Assembly: GCA_016746295.1 (NCBI GenBank)
Contig: JAEAOA010000822.1
Span: 1,014,104 to 1,078,103 of the forward strand
DNA: 64,000 bases
Reading direction: 5' to 3'
Source: Potamilus streckersoni
Lineage: Eukaryota
The notes beneath the pieces were generated by a model. It was not told the DNA's origin. It saw only the letters and a program-made list of their open reading frames with translations, and made no database searches. A program made the translations under genes and the position numbers. How positions within the stretch are numbered: position 1 is the stretch's first letter; the number at the start of each line of letters is the position of its first letter. Shown here piece by piece: positions 11,276 to 27,014 of this stretch.

Positions 11276-14200
11276 AAGATGGTCGGGCATTTTAGACCAA
11301 AGAGGTGGGCGCTAATTGCTTGCCTGATCTAGGCAATAGTGGTCGTGACTACCTATAACCTTTGCTTGATTGGCCAGTATGACTGATAGCAAAGTGATGT
11401 TGAGGGAGTGTTTGTGTTGCTCCATACATGCAATCATCTGGCCGTGGGTTAATTTCGAGGTCTTGTTATACCCTGTGTTTAGGAAGTGAAGAGATATCTT
11501 GTGATATCTGCCTTATCATTTAACTACTGGAAAAAAATATCAGTTCACTAATTTGAGCGAGTAAAATATCAGTTCACTATTTGGAGTAAAAACTTTAGTT
11601 TTGAAATTTTAGTAAAATATCAGTTTACTATTTTGAGTGAATACTTCATTTCTTTTGCAGTTGTGTAAAACTCATTCTTTTCATTTTGTGATATACCGTG
11701 AATCGTTCATACTTTTTTTTTTGTCCATGTACCGTATAAGATCATATACTTGTATTTGTATTTGTTGAATTAGTAGGTTCGTGCGAATTATGTTAATTCG
11801 GCCAATATTTGGACCAATACAGGCAGGTGTCAATCATATTTTGTTTCTTATTTAAATCAGACATCATTAACTATTGTATTTGTATTACCATCAACAGTGT
11901 TTTGTTGTAAATCCGAAAACCCAACTCGTTTGTCTTCTTACAGTCTATCATAATGTCCAAAGTGATATCTAATAATTTTACGGAGTCTCTACGTTAGCCT
12001 CGCGGGAGGTGTTAGTCTCAAGTTATTTGTTGGTTTTCTTCCTATGTGCACTAGCTTGCAATGCATCAGGGTTAGCTTTATTTCTTTCCATCGAGAACAA
12101 ATAAGTGTTTTACATAACCTCATATGAACGTTTTTTACCTTTGCAAAAAAAGTGTTTATGCGTTGCGCATATAATTGCTTTATTCACAAATTTGCAAATT
12201 GAACATTTCTTTTCTTTTTATTATCTACTTGCTTTCTTTTAACTGTAACATTTTTTAACCCTGAATTATTTTTAGTAGCCGAATTTGTTTTTATCTGCTT
12301 AAATGTTACAGGGAGTAAACCTCTCACGAAGCTATCTAGTTTCTGTAAACTGACCTAAACTGGTAATCAAAAGCTAGAGGCCGATAACTGGTTAATCTTC
12401 TTCACAATAGACAAGTCAGAATGTAGTGATGGAGCGCTCGGGATCAAAACTATCAATGGGTTTGATTTAGTTTATGAATGTAGAATATTTAAACTATAAA
12501 GCATATTTTATATTCTACCCTAGGACTGGATTTCTAGTCCAAAACTGAGTTTAATTTTAAATCGATAGTACAATGTTTAGAAATTTGGTTTCTTAACTAC
12601 ACCAAGATCTGATTTCTACACATTACTCCCCTAGAAGCATTACAGCGTAACTTCGTCCTGTCATTTTCTCGTACACCCATACTAATAGTCCTTGTTTTAC
12701 GACCTCTTATAACCATGCTGATAATACCAAAAGTTCGCGCATATTTTGTTGTTAAATTCTTTGCAAAATCAGTATCTTATTATTGTATTTAATGCAGTGT
12801 CAACTGAAACTGACTGGCACTATAAACACAGTTCTTATTTAAGAAATCGACTCCTTTCGTATCGGAGGTCATACCTGTATCTGGAAAAGAGGCTAGCCTG
12901 AGACTTGACAAGACGCGTCTTCTCTAGCTAAGGTTCCGATATGATAACCCTATCTACACACATCGGAACCTTGGTTGCAAAGATGACGAGATGTCTGCAT
13001 TTATAAGTTAAAATGTCTGTTTGCTGATTATTATCAATCATATTTAAAACACACATGCACATACCTTTTGGGAGGATCCAACTCCTTTCTATTTTTCTCT
13101 TGAAAATACGCACATACATACAACGACACAGGATTCATCACATCAGTACAAATTTTCATTTATTACAGTTTACAGAATTATATTTCTTTGAAAATTTAAT
13201 CAAGAAAATACATTTACGTTTCTCTAAAAAATTTTTAAAATATCCTTTTACAACAGATTTTAAAGGAGACCAGAAACAAAATTTTTCCTTTTATGTATGA
13301 ATTTTCTACAAATTTTCATTCGACTTTAATTTCTGTAATTTTTTAAAATTACATATGGTAGGCGGATAGTGATTATATTGCGCGGAAGATATCACGATTC
13401 CGTAAATTGCCGAGTTTTTATGAGACGACAAATCACGTGGTCCCGTAACGCAATACTAGCCAGTCCTTAAACAGAAGGACGGCGAGCGATACAGGAAATC
13501 AGATTTGGTTTACATTAAAAAGATGAATCTGTTTCCGAGAGTTGCTCATAACTTATATCTGTTGAACTGTGTGTTATGAAGTTGAAGAAAAGCAATGTAC
13601 TTTTAACATAAATAATTATACATTGTGTTGTGCAAAAATTTTCCCAATGTGAAAATTAAAATATGCCACAATGCAATAAATTCATTTAAGAAGGATGAGA
13701 TTCAAGATTCAAGTGCAGTATATGTAAATGACATGTTTATTACCTACCCTCAACACACCTCCTATGGACTAATATTTTGAAAATATTCATCCATCACTAA
13801 AACACTGAGAGATAATACTGAATTCTGGGCCGACTTTTGTATAAAACACTATCCATTACCGGGGAGGCGTAAAAAGGCATTGAGAACGGTTTTCATCGGT
13901 CCTAACTTAAGCATTAGTTTAAAATAAAAAACAAAAAACAAAAAACACAACGACAAATAAATCTGCAAAGCAGCAATTGTAAGTAATTAATTTAAACATC
14001 AAGAAGCTTCCTTCTTATGGTTCATTTACAGTGCATTTTACATGCAGGCTACATTTAGCTTATTTACAAATCTGACAATGTATGCAGTCTGGTATAATTG
14101 TTTATGTACTGTGCTAATCAGTGTTCAAAGAATTTTTTTAGGCACTGGCCCAGGGCTGGTGACTTGAATGAACTCACAACCCCTGACTGAAATCCCATAA

Positions 14201-16084
14201 GACCGGACAGCTCATACCTGTCAACTTTCAAGTATGGAGAAAAACTTCCAGATATGAGAGTATTTTCACATCTACCTCCTGATCTAGTAATATCTCCAAA
14301 TTCTTAGAAGTGGTCTCTTAAATTTATTTTATACCAAATAGGGCCTCTACAACTTCCCATAGCTTAGGCCCCTACTATGTTTAAATCCGTACGAAATCAT
14401 ATCATACATTTCTTTTCTTCAGTAAATACAATGTTAATATTAAAAATTATTCACGTAATTTTCTGAGTTTTCAGAACCACTACAACAGTACTATAGTACC
14501 AAAACAAATGTCACTTATGAACTTAAATCTCGTGAAGGATCACTGTGAATGCTGTGTAATTTTCTCTACAAACAAATTTGCATCCCCATTTCCGACAAAG
14601 AAACTCGGCTAACACCTGACATTTCTATACCGTATATGTAAAGTTGTATTCCCTTTATTAAATTAAAAAAAGGAATAATACCATGCAGGATATGTGCCCA
14701 CAAAAAAAACAACAAAAAACAAAAAAAAAATAAATATAAAAAAATAAATAATTTAGAATAAATATTCTCATTCAGTATGCAAGTGTTACAGGCCTTATGA
14801 CTTAAAACTATATACGTGGTAAGTTATAACAAAATATGGAATCGTTTATTTATCAATTAAATTGCTGGTGCTTACATACACACACTATCGAACATGGTCC
14901 AAACGGCAGTTTTTTTATTTTTTTTCCCACAAGATAAATGCAAGGATAAATATTGCTTGTGTACTTAAATCAAAACTTCACTTGTTTTTGCAGTTTAGCC
15001 ACAGCTAATCAGAATATGAAAAAGGGGCTTGTCCCGGGGTATTATAAGGTGTATCGCAGGGAGAAATGACGCGTCCCTTCAGCACTCGCACATTTGGAAA
15101 AGGGGTGGGAGTCAATAATAGTCGCCTCACCCCAATTTCTATTGTCAGCCAGTTAATGTGAAACTTTATTTTATACCAGACCTTTTTATTTTGAACGCTG
15201 CTACTGAAACTGCCCAAAAGAAAGTTATCAGTTCCATTCACTATAGATTATCGCTTATGTATATATAATACATGTAACCGGCATAGACTAAAAAGTTCGT
15301 TTTTGTTTTTTTTTTAAAAATTTTAAATGTTAAAAATACTGAAAACCGTGTTGTCTCGAAACCGTGCAAGGGGTTTGGAATCTTAAGCTTTTAGCAGAGC
15401 TCCAATTTCACTAAAATCAGATCTCTGTTTGGTTTTTCATTCAAAGCATTGATCAGATTTGTCCACCAAATATATATTTTTTTAATTTGAATATATCCAT
15501 TTGTAACTTTCTTTTAATCAGTCAATACCACTGGATGTCAAAGCGGTTGCTCACTAGCAACTTGTTCATTGAAAATATACAAAATTCACTTATGCACAAG
15601 TCACTGATCGAAAAAGCAACTATAAACAAGACTCAAATGTAAACCAAATCGAGTTTTCATAGCGCCTTCACAAAAGTGCGCATATGCTGGGTCAGATAAA
15701 CCCAATGTATATAAAGTTCCAACCAATCAAATACTGCTGTAGCATTTAAGGACTTGTATACGCGCGCGCACGTATTAAACATACACGGCAACCAAAATTA
15801 CTCCATATGAAAGTATATACAAAATTCTACTACTGATTACTAAAAGTGCCTTCCCAGTGTCCCATACAAATTTAACTGGAACAGTCCTAAACAAATACTA
15901 GGTTAATGCTATCTTTTTCTTTAACACAGGGGTTCACAATGCGTAGATCATTTAGGCTTGGTTATTTTATAAGTAGCTCGCATGCTGAAAAGTGTGCACC
16001 CCTGTTCTAGCAGGAGTACTGCCATGTTATTTCGGGTTTACTGCGATTTTTCACCTAAATGGTCATAATGGTATGTGTAACTAG

Positions 16085-16160
16085 CGGAGAAGGAACCTAG
16101 GAGAAACTCCACTAAGAACCAACAGGAAGCTACCAGCAAGCTTTCTCACATACAAATATT
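16085..16160 (-). mobile_element. Fragment of SINE family Y
   Basis: 'gaaggaacctaggagaaactccactaagaaccaacaggaagctaccagcaagctttctcacatacaaatatt' parallels 8365-8440 of the full copy ('gaaggaagaaaatcctcagaaagaaccactgacccacgagaagctagtagcaagctttctcacgtatccacatt'). Confidence 0.35.
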
Positions 16161-18042
16161 GGTATCATGTTGGAAATCAGATAAACACAATTTTCAAACG
16201 ATAATTTTCAGAACATGAAACAAGGTGACTTTTTTTTTAGACGGAGCAGTATTATTTCAAGAAATAACTTTTGCAACACTCTTCAAAATAGTTGCTGCTG
16301 TAGCCATACTGAAGATCAGATTGGTACCCTTTTCATTTAATGAGTTCATACGAAGTCTTCTGGCGAAAAAACCAACGTCAATAGAATTTGTTACGGGCGA
16401 GCAGCAGTAAGATCTTTAAGATGGCTACCATACTTAATGTTTGAAAAGCACCATTTTCATTTACTACCAAATGGATCAAAATCCTCATTTGATATGACCA
16501 TCCATTCAGGAAGAAGAGATTTTCAAATTACACATAACGTGGCCAACTAGTTTGTCCAAGCAACTACACACGTATAGTACCAAGCAAACAAGATACATGC
16601 CATCCCCTGACGAGGAAAAAACAAAGTAATCCATGTTGACAAATAAAGAGTAATCTGAGCAGAAAAAGAGAAATCCACATATAACAATAAAATCAAATGC
16701 ATATACGTACAAACTGATTTATTTACCCCTCTGGCTTTTAACATCACTTACTCCTTCAAGTCTTCGTATTTTGAGCTTTAAAAAGCAGCAAAAAACCCGA
16801 TATGTACAATGATGGAGACATTTTTCAAATAGAATGCAACTAAAAAACCCAGACAGTTCTGCCACCTTGTGTTTATTCAAAATATTATCAAACAATAGCC
16901 CATTTCATACAGGATTTAACCAAGTTGCTCCGTAATTATCAGAAAAACTTCCCGAGTCACTTTATACTCCAGCCAATCAAACGCTGGTAGGCATCTGTAC
17001 ATAACAAAATGGTATACATTGTTGTTTAGTCGTATCAGATTAAAACAAATTAAGAAATGCCCGCTACATGCCTGGGACTCCATGCAGCTTTACCGTCGAA
17101 AAATATTCCAGGTTTGTTATACTGCGGATTAATACGAAAAATTCCTTTTACTGGTACACGAAACTCGATTTATTAAATACGGTGTTATGGCAACAAAAAA
17201 AGGGATTAAATTTGGAACATCGACGCCGTTTCCATACTCGCACGTGCATGTCCAGATGTAAACAGCTCATAGCTACTCTCTCGTATAGCTATAAAATCCA
17301 GAAAAACAATACAGGATGGTTTCAATATTAAATTTCGTCAACACCTGTGGCATCATCGCTGTTGAATAGGCATTTTTCAACTCTATAAACGAAGCTGAAG
17401 TAGTTGGAACAGTTGATGCTAATGCTGATGCGTCCGCCTTGTTTTGACCACGTCTGGTCCCCTGCTTAGTATGCTCCTTGCGATGCACTCCACTATACTA
17501 TACTATACTAGGGAGCATAGTAAGCTGGAAACCAGACTATTTGCCTACCAGCTATCGATTGGATATTGTGGTCAGTTGACCACCCGCCACGTGATCGAAA
17601 TTCCAAGCAAAATACGAAGTTCGCCCGCCGAAGTCTCCATGAAATGGTCTATTAGAAAATGTTTTATTCAGTGAATCTGCAGTCAATTCTGCCAAATGAA
17701 AGAAGAGCAATCCGACCTTGCCCATTTTTGTTGTCAAAGTCTCATACATAGACTGGGTTCAACTTTTTAATATCATAATCACTGCTCCGGTTTGTTGTAA
17801 TAATAAAGGTCCCAATCTTCATGGCTTCTGCAATTTTATATGTAACATCTACCAAGTACCTAACAATATTAGATGATTTTGTTCTTGCACATGCATATTT
17901 TCCACAATTTTGGCGTCAGGCATCCGTTCGAACAAAGGACCAACGTTGCATTCTACCACTAGGAGTAGTCCCGTGTTCTATTAAGAAATCGGTAAATAAC
18001 GACCTTGCATTTATAAAATTCGTTTCCACAACTTAGTTCTGC

Positions 18043-18045
<3 letters not shown>

Positions 18046-18097
<52 letters not shown>
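18046..18097. repeat. Poly(A) tract of 52 A's on the plus strand
   Basis: An uninterrupted A run. It follows a CpG-dense block at about 17040-18045. Confidence 0.95.
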
Positions 18098-18098
<1 letters not shown>

Positions 18099-21000
18099 CG
18101 TTACTTTTAGTATTGGAGTTGGCAAAACGAGCGTATTCAAGGAGTCTTTGTTTTACACTATGACCAATATTAAAATCCTTTCCACACAGCCAACAATGGA
18201 ATGGGCATGAAACTACCCTATAACGGAACATTATTGTTTAATTCATGTATTCATTTCAGAGTAGTTTTCCTAAGTCATCTGTGAAATTATTTTTGTTGCA
18301 ACATACACAGACCCGAATAAATCGGAATAGACTTTTACTGCCAAATACCTACATAATGGTTCTGTACCTCGTATGATTTAGAACAAAGAATATGAGAAAA
18401 GATTAAACCTTAGAAAACCAGTCTGTTGTCTCCCAAGCCCGACGCTGCTATAAATAGAAACAAAGGTCAAAAGTTTTAAAGTACAAACCAGCACGTTTCT
18501 TGGAAATATGGCAGATGCTATAAATAGAACATAACACTTAGGAATGTCGCTGCTAGTCTACAGACAATTGTACTTTTATATCAGTTTCACAGAAGCAGTC
18601 TTTTCTAGAATATGTTCTGTGCAATTAGTGGGATGTTAATAAAAATGAGAAAACAATTTTTTGGAGGGGGATTTACCAAAAAAGCGTAATCCAAATATAT
18701 TTACATGTAAGAAGACGTAATTTAGTGAATAAAAAAGCATAATGATTACGCCAAAAGCGTAATGGTTGGAATGTATGCAACATGCAAAAATTCTGGTAAT
18801 AAAAACAATCCCGACCCACCAACACATGGAAGACTTCAGTAGTAGCATTCATGAATTTCAAAACAACTGCTACTAAACTGCATGCCAGATCAGCACCATT
18901 TTCTTTTAAACCAACTAAACGTTAAAAAAAATATTTTATTATAAAAAAGATTAATATGGTAAAGGCTAGAACACAACACCTGAAAATTTTGAATTTTTTT
19001 TATTCAGCTTCAATCAACTAAAACCACAGACATGTTATCTACATATGTTGACTGTGTAACCATCCATTTGATGGATGAAACAATTCTGCACTACTAAAAG
19101 ATATAGCATCATAAAAGTGAATGAAAGAAGCGTTAGCAATAATACATCAATGCATTTAACACACAATACTTATAAAATAAGCACTAATTATTTTCCTGCA
19201 TTATTTAGACGAGGGGTTTATAGACATTAATATTTTTAATGAATCATGCATAAAATAAGTTCAATCGGTTCATGTGTGTCATTTTTTTTTATCAGCATAC
19301 AATATGAACATTATTGCAGCAAATGATTTCTCCTAGAATTTGGTCACTGAGAGCAGAAAATACAATATTTACAATTAAACATTGCAAATTTATAAAACAA
19401 AATTATTTGTCTTCATAAACTGATTACATTTTCTAGATCACAGCTTTCAACATCTGTTTTAAGAAATGAAAAGCACTTTCTATCTTAAATTAAGCATTAT
19501 AAAAATTGTACACAAGTATTTTATGCAATAATTATAAACATTATCCATTTCAGTAATGTTAAAGTTACATCTACCTAGGATGATATTTCTAGAGCTAAGT
19601 GTTCACATGTGGTTTTCATTATTATTTCAACATAAATACACACATTATATAAAAAAAATGTGAATGCCAAGATGTTAATAGAATAAATGAACTTAAATTA
19701 TTGTCATCTAAAAATAAGAGTACACAACAATATATGAAATGACAATAAGAGAAATGTACAGAAAAAAGGCTATTAGGACATGTGAATTTTATCAAAAGCT
19801 TGTCAAAAATATGATGAGGTATTGTAGAATTTATGCCTCAAAAAAATGCATTTGCATTACTCATTACATGCTTTTAAAATGTATGATAAAAATTAGCATA
19901 AACATATTTTTCTAGAACATCTTTATTATAGCTTTTTCATTGTGCCCCATTAAAATAGTGTGGTATCTTTATTAAACAGTAGCAATATATCTACAACACT
20001 ATATGTCAGAAACATGTGACTTTCATATTTATGATTTTTAACGAAGTATGAATATATTCATTTGTTGAGCCTGAGGTCAATTTTCTCAAAGCATGAAGGG
20101 ACAAGAAAAGTCATAAAATAACCATTTTTTCTTCATCTATACAAATAGTTTTGCACCTCCACAGAAATAAAATGATCAATGTTATCTGCACAGTGATTTA
20201 TATTGTTCAACAACCTGGGCCTAATCATGAAAACCTACATGTATTTACACCTGAATTTTGATTAAAATAATGCATGTAATCATGAAATTTACAATTTAGC
20301 AAAATATCATTGCAAGGTCACATATTACAGACAGTAATCGTACATGGCAAAAATATTCTCATATTATCATTGTCTCTACAACTCATTCTGCTATTATAGC
20401 AGACCAAAGATTTTACAGAAAAAAATATAAAACGGTAACAAAAAAATGTTTAGAATACAAATAAATGATCAAGATGCATGAGTTTATGGTTTAAAAGTAT
20501 TAATATTGTTCATAAAATTTAAAGAAACATTGTCACCTATGCAAGACTAGGAACGAATCCAATACTGACTTTTATTTAACTGTGTACAAGCCATCCAACT
20601 AAACATCATACCGTTCCTGAATTGTTGTGAATCATATTTACTAAAATCTTTCATTATTTATGATGATACTTGATAGAAAATGAGGATCATATGAAGAGAA
20701 ATACTTGTATTGTCATAAGTATACATAATGTATGATTCTAATACACATGAACAAGAATCTTAACATTTCAATATTCCAATAAAAAACAAAACAATTTACA
20801 GTAGTCTCTCACTATAAACCACCTCTATAAAATGGACCCGCTAGTAAAAAGACATGATTTTTTTCAGATCACTTTAATTGTAATACTGAATCTGTCTCGG
20901 TTCAAGATGACCTCACCTCTAAAGGAATATGCATTGTACAACTTCCAACAAGTGTTATAGTGAAAGATCACTGTAATTCTATAATATGGCAAACTGTTTC

Positions 21001-24000
21001 AGTATAACTGATAACAATTCATCGAAAGTGGTATTTCTATTCTCTGAATTACTAATATATTGGGCATACAAATTTGACATGTAAAAATGGCATCAGCTGC
21101 ACTATTTTCATGAGGCATCAAAAACAAGCAAGAGCATATCAACAATTTTCATGTAAATTACAATTTGCAAGGAAAGACATATTCATTTGCTATTAAAATC
21201 ACTTGTCTTACCTGAGAATCTCACTCCGCTGCAATATTCTCGCATATGGTATTTTATACACAATTCATCACATGTTACATAAACATAAAATATCAAGTAT
21301 GTCAGTCAAGTTATAGTTTAAATTGATTACACTACAAGTGAGAAATGATGTTATTTGCAGAAACCTTAATTATTTAAAGGTACCATAGAATTACAGTCAG
21401 TATGTACATACATGGAACTAAAGTAGTTGAAAGTTTTATAAATTAAGTATGGACAGGTATCACCAAATGGCAACGAGAACTATACCCCTATCTAACTATA
21501 AATTACATAACATTATGAATGAAACCACATGGACAAGAATTCTGCAAACATTAATATTAATGATGACAGTACAAAGAATAATAACCCAATTTATTTAAAA
21601 CATACTGTGGTGATTTTAGGGTAAGACTATATCATTATATCATACAATAATCAAACAAAAACTTTTATTATACTATTGATACTGTTACTTCACAGCAAAA
21701 AATATATGCCATAAAATGTAATAGTCGTGAGGTAAAAAAACCATCATTAATTCAGTTTTAGTGTCATATTAAAAAAGCAAATTTGTCAAAGGTGAAATAA
21801 CATGGGAAACAACATGGGTTTAATGTAACTACAAAATCTTGTGCCTGGAATGTTCCACTACATTAGGTCATTTTAGTATCTTAAAAAGCAATATACATGT
21901 ATGATAATACCAATTACAACAATGCTAGTAAGGTTTGCAAAAATACCAAATACAGCAAATATCTGAAATAGTGATTAAAGTGAAAAGAAAAAGGAAACTG
22001 CTTACAGCAAAGACTCATCAATCAGAATACACGTAGTACAAACATCAGATTTCCGCAGGATTAAATGCAGTCAACAAATTATACTATCAGCTTCTGGACA
22101 GCCTCTTTATCCTGTTCAAAAAGACAAAAGCAAAAGATATGATGATATGTGACCTAACCTTTCTCTAGTTTTATTTTCCGTACTTGATACTGCAACATTA
22201 TTTTTGAATGAAAATCTTTACTTTTGAACAATTATATTTGCAAGCTTTTATCTTAAAGCTAAGAAATTAGGTTAACAAGTCACAACTTTTTTTGAAGAAA
22301 AAAAAACAAACAAGACCCGAATAAACAATTTTTTTGCAGTGTCTCAAGAGTGACAAGTGATGAAATGAACCAAACTAGGATGATAATGAAAACATTTCTT
22401 TAAAATTGGTATTCATTTATAACAGACATATCTGACCATCACTACCACTATTCATTTCAACAGATGATGCATCTGGCACATCTCCCATACTATATAGTCT
22501 TCTGACAAGGTCTTGTTTCCTTTAAACTTTAATCATTTTTGAGCATTGTACCATTAATCTTAGAGATTCCCATGAAACAAAAATCTCAACACCCCTGCTT
22601 ATTTTAGTCTGTATTAGAATGTTCACCTGTCCATGAATAAAATTATTCCTAAATCTTCATTATCTTTCAAGTTATCTGCCTACATTTTCTTGGTTCTTGA
22701 TTTCATATTGATGCTGTGCTTTGCTTTTTATGGCGTTTATATCATTTTCCTGCACACAATAGACTATGCATGGCAGCTGGTGTAACTGGTGAAAGACTCC
22801 CAGAAGATCTACCAACTTACTGGCAAGCTCTCTCATATGCCAACAGTAGTCAAGCCATGAAATATGCCCAAGCTAACAGCAAGCCTTCCCATATGATTAC
22901 ATTAGTCAAACCATGACTCTAATCCATGTGAACAAAAATTTAGATGAAATTGATCTGAAAAGGCAAGTGCTTCAGGCCACTCATATGATTGAGTCCACCC
23001 ATTAGATACACACAATACTTTAAAAAAATGTTGAGATGTCTACAACTCTTAAAACAGTTCACTACAATTTGCCAAAGATGTATAAAATGAATTTCAATTT
23101 GGCAGATGACAGCACTGATAAACTGAAAATTGATAATCATGTCCAAGGTGTTCAAAGACAAAATTTAGGAAATTGATATCAATTTAAAGCCATGAATCCA
23201 TATTTTTTTCCCATTCTATGCCTCTAAGAAATTCAAGACCAAACAAGTTCTTTTACTGTGTGAAATGAATGGGGTAAATGTAACAAGTAGCAACAGAAAT
23301 AGAGGTCTGACCATCCAGGTTTCTTCCTCACTTGTATCCTTTTCACCTAATGAATAACATTTCCATAATAGTCTTGAAATGAAGACTTAAAAATCATCGC
23401 TTTTGTTTAGAACTCATCATGCAACTGAATTCAGTCTATCTGATTTACCTCGGTAGAAAGACTTGTGAATTAAATTCGAGTTTTTTAATAAAATAACAAG
23501 CTTTTGATCAATGTTCTGAAAGATTATGCAATTATGGAGACACCGCTCTAATTTTTTGTCACTATAGAAATGACTTTCACAACCATGGTGGTAAGGTTAG
23601 ATTTTTTTAATTTTTTTAACTATGTACAAAACCTTCTGCTCTTCCCAAAGGCTGCATATTATGAATGTTAGAAATCAATGATTTACTATTTAACATTTTT
23701 CGGTTGTGCTGTTGAAATCTTTTTATTGTTGAATATGCCTAGCAATCAGTCAAAATTTGTTATCTGTAAATTTTTTATCTTCCTATTTCAAAAATATGTT
23801 GGAGCATGGAAATGTTTAAGATAAAAATGTTTTGACATTTTCCTGTAGTTTGGTTTGGGTACATCATTAGAGAAGCGCAATTGCTTGAGTTAATGCGCAC
23901 ACACCAAATCTTTTATCTTCATGGGCATGTGGTTTGCAAGAAATATTGGTCATGTTACCAATGAGGAAATTTGCACTTTCCACTTCATACGAAGATCTAC

Positions 24001-25594
24001 ATTTGCAGAGATAATAAATTTGTGTCCTGCAACAACCACAGAATTTATGATTATGTTTACCATGCAAGACTTGAGTCTTCAAATTAATGTACCATACAGT
24101 TCCAGCACTATCTAATTATATATACTGCCATTTGTAAACCTTTGTATCTCAAAACAAATGCTCAACTTGGTTTAAGGTTTGCTGGCATGACCTTGAAAAG
24201 TTTAAGAATTGTGCTACAGAAACAATACACACAGACCAAGCTACAGTTGGATTATGCTACCTATACCAAAGTACTAGAAATATGCACTGCGGAAATGGAA
24301 ATTTTTATGGAGAGGAAGACAAATTGATACAATGACAGCTACCACTCCATCCCAGATTACATAACTGGAAGATAAATGTTTTTTCAATTCTTTTTTATTA
24401 ACCTTTTAACCCATTAAACCCTGGAGGTTTTCGTGGTTTTAGCCTGAAATGCGAGTAGGTAACCCATTTGGGGAGATAATTTGACATACATCTTATTAAT
24501 TCGACCTCTAAGACATTTTCAGTTAACCTAATGCCTATTTGTTTTAGAAACATGGCTCTTTTGCCTGAGCATGAGCAAAAGTTGGACTTTTTTTTCTTCT
24601 TAACTGATCCATCATTATCGTGTTGAGACCACTCTTTATTCTAAATGCCAATCTTATACTACTTTTGCAAAGGTTCACCTGTCTGTGTGCAATTCAGGCT
24701 GGTCTTAGATCCGAGGCCAGTCAGTCTCAAATCTGGACACATAACAAAACCCCAAACTGGTGAATTTTGGCTAGAAAAAACTGGTCCAAAAAATGCAGTT
24801 TTTTTCCTCTGTACTTTGTAGTAAAACTAGAACACCTATATTATTTGGCATCATCGTGAAGCTACAGCTGTCTTCCTTTCTATAATACCATGCACTTTAT
24901 TGTGTCACACACATGACCTTGATGCTGCAAAGCTCAGAAGTAGGCTACCACCTCTTGACCTGTAAACGTAACACCTGGGATTAATGAGTTAAATGTTAGG
25001 TGAATTTTGCACGTTTTCAACATGAACACCAACTGGTTGACTGATGGTAAATATTTCAATAAAACTAATTTTATTGTATTGCCAACGTGTTACGTTCATT
25101 AAAGTTCATCATGATGTATTATGAAAACGATCCAATACTTGTACTTGTGAGAAACTCAAACTTCAAAATCTAGACTAAAACCAATACTAATCAACAGTAA
25201 AAGGCACCTAGTGATGTGAATACAAAATGTCACATATAGCCTGAATCATTTTGCAGTTTTGATCCTGATATGGATGTTGACATGACAGTTGGATTTAATA
25301 AATCACCTTAAAAATATCAAAATTGAAGAACTGAAGAAACTTCACTAATGTAATGTGTGCATCAAATTTCATAGGCATTTTAAATCATCTTGGTGTAGTT
25401 TTGTCCCTTTCACAAAGGTATGAATCACTTATAAAAACAAATGGACAGAAACGTCAAAAATGCTGACATTTAAGAAAATATACATATGGACCACTAGTCT
25501 ACATCAACCACGTTTCATACATACATCTTGAACAGTTTGTACATTCTGGCAAATTTGAAGAAAGAGAAAAGTGAAATCAGAATATCAGCATTGC

Positions 25595-25613
25595 TGTGTG
25601 TGTGTGTGTGTGT
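25595..25613. repeat. Short (TG)n microsatellite
   Basis: A tgtgtg run. Confidence 0.8.
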
Positions 25614-26954
25614 ACATGCCTCTGCTGAAATGTATACATCATTATCTCAAATACATGTACTGGATTTTTACCAAGGGATGTAATTTCAAAGTTTTAATGT
25701 AAATAGTTATCTCACACACATTCAGTGAATATTTTGTTAATCTGTCACTAAAAATATTTTTCAAATTACAGGCCAATAATCACAGATGCAAATATCCATA
25801 TGTAGCCATGACAATATTAAAAATAATCATCAATCGACATGGTTCACAGGAATTACTTACATGTACGTGGTATGATGTGGGAATCCTCCATTTTGATCAC
25901 AGGCCCAACTGTAACTGCGAGTCATTACGGTCAGACCAACTGAGGTCGTGGCCCACGGCACCTAACTTTAATTCGGAGGAGGAGCAAACAAGGCATTTTT
26001 ACGACAATGCATGTTACAGCAAATAATGCAACATGTCACAGATACAACCACATAAGGCACATGATTGTCCATCAAATGAAATGGCAAAGATGTAATAAAT
26101 TCTCAGTCACATTGCATGGATCCAAAATATTTAAGTGATGGTGCATATTTTATCTTACCTTTTGGAGCACTTTTTGATACTTACAATGCCAGCACTGTAT
26201 ACACTTGTCTTCTCTCTCTCCAATTCCAGAATGTTAAACATGGGTCTCAACTTTGCATCATGTTATAAAACCAATACATATATGCAATCCATATTGATAT
26301 CAAAATCAAATCCTTAAAATATCACTGATCAAGTGTTGGTCAATATGAGAAAAAAATCAATCACAATGAAAACAATAAAGATGTAAATGTTTCAAAATGT
26401 CATTTAAGAAAGTGATATAAACAAAGATTTCTGACTTTATGAAAAGCATAAAATAAAGGTCACAATTTTAAGAATGATAAATGAACAATGCATGTATAGT
26501 TAAACTGGGTCTTGAAAGATTCAAAATACGTATTAAACTTAAAATAGATTCCCTTGATAAAGCTTGGATTAAAATAAGATTACATTTTATGACATAACAA
26601 TGTGAACATAATTTATCAGTGAATCTATTGGACAAGAAACAGGACTATATAAATAAGCAATCATTACTAACTTCCTCATTATTCCTGCAGAAACAATTGT
26701 GTACAGAGACAAATCCCTATTCATTAAGTATTTGAACCTATTTTCCAAACCCAAATATATAGACTTATGAAATCAGAAATGTTAGTGAACAGGTTGTGAG
26801 ACTTGATCGACAATTTGAAGCATTTTTTGCATTTCAAGTACTTTGGTAATTTTTTTGACAATGCAAAAATCACTTATGCCATACAAATAGAATTTGGTAT
26901 TTTTACAATTATGTACACAACCAAATTCAATTTACAGACAGAGACCATTGTAGC

Positions 26955-26956
<2 letters not shown>

Positions 26957-27009
<53 letters not shown>
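26957..27009. repeat. (TA)n microsatellite
   Basis: Uninterrupted atatat... run. It generates the artefactual 'IYIYIY' ORFs on both strands. Confidence 0.95.

Positions 27010-27014
<5 letters not shown>

Noticed and set aside
17959-18231. ORF with poly-Phe tract
   Set aside because: It is the translation of the A52 tract on the opposite strand.
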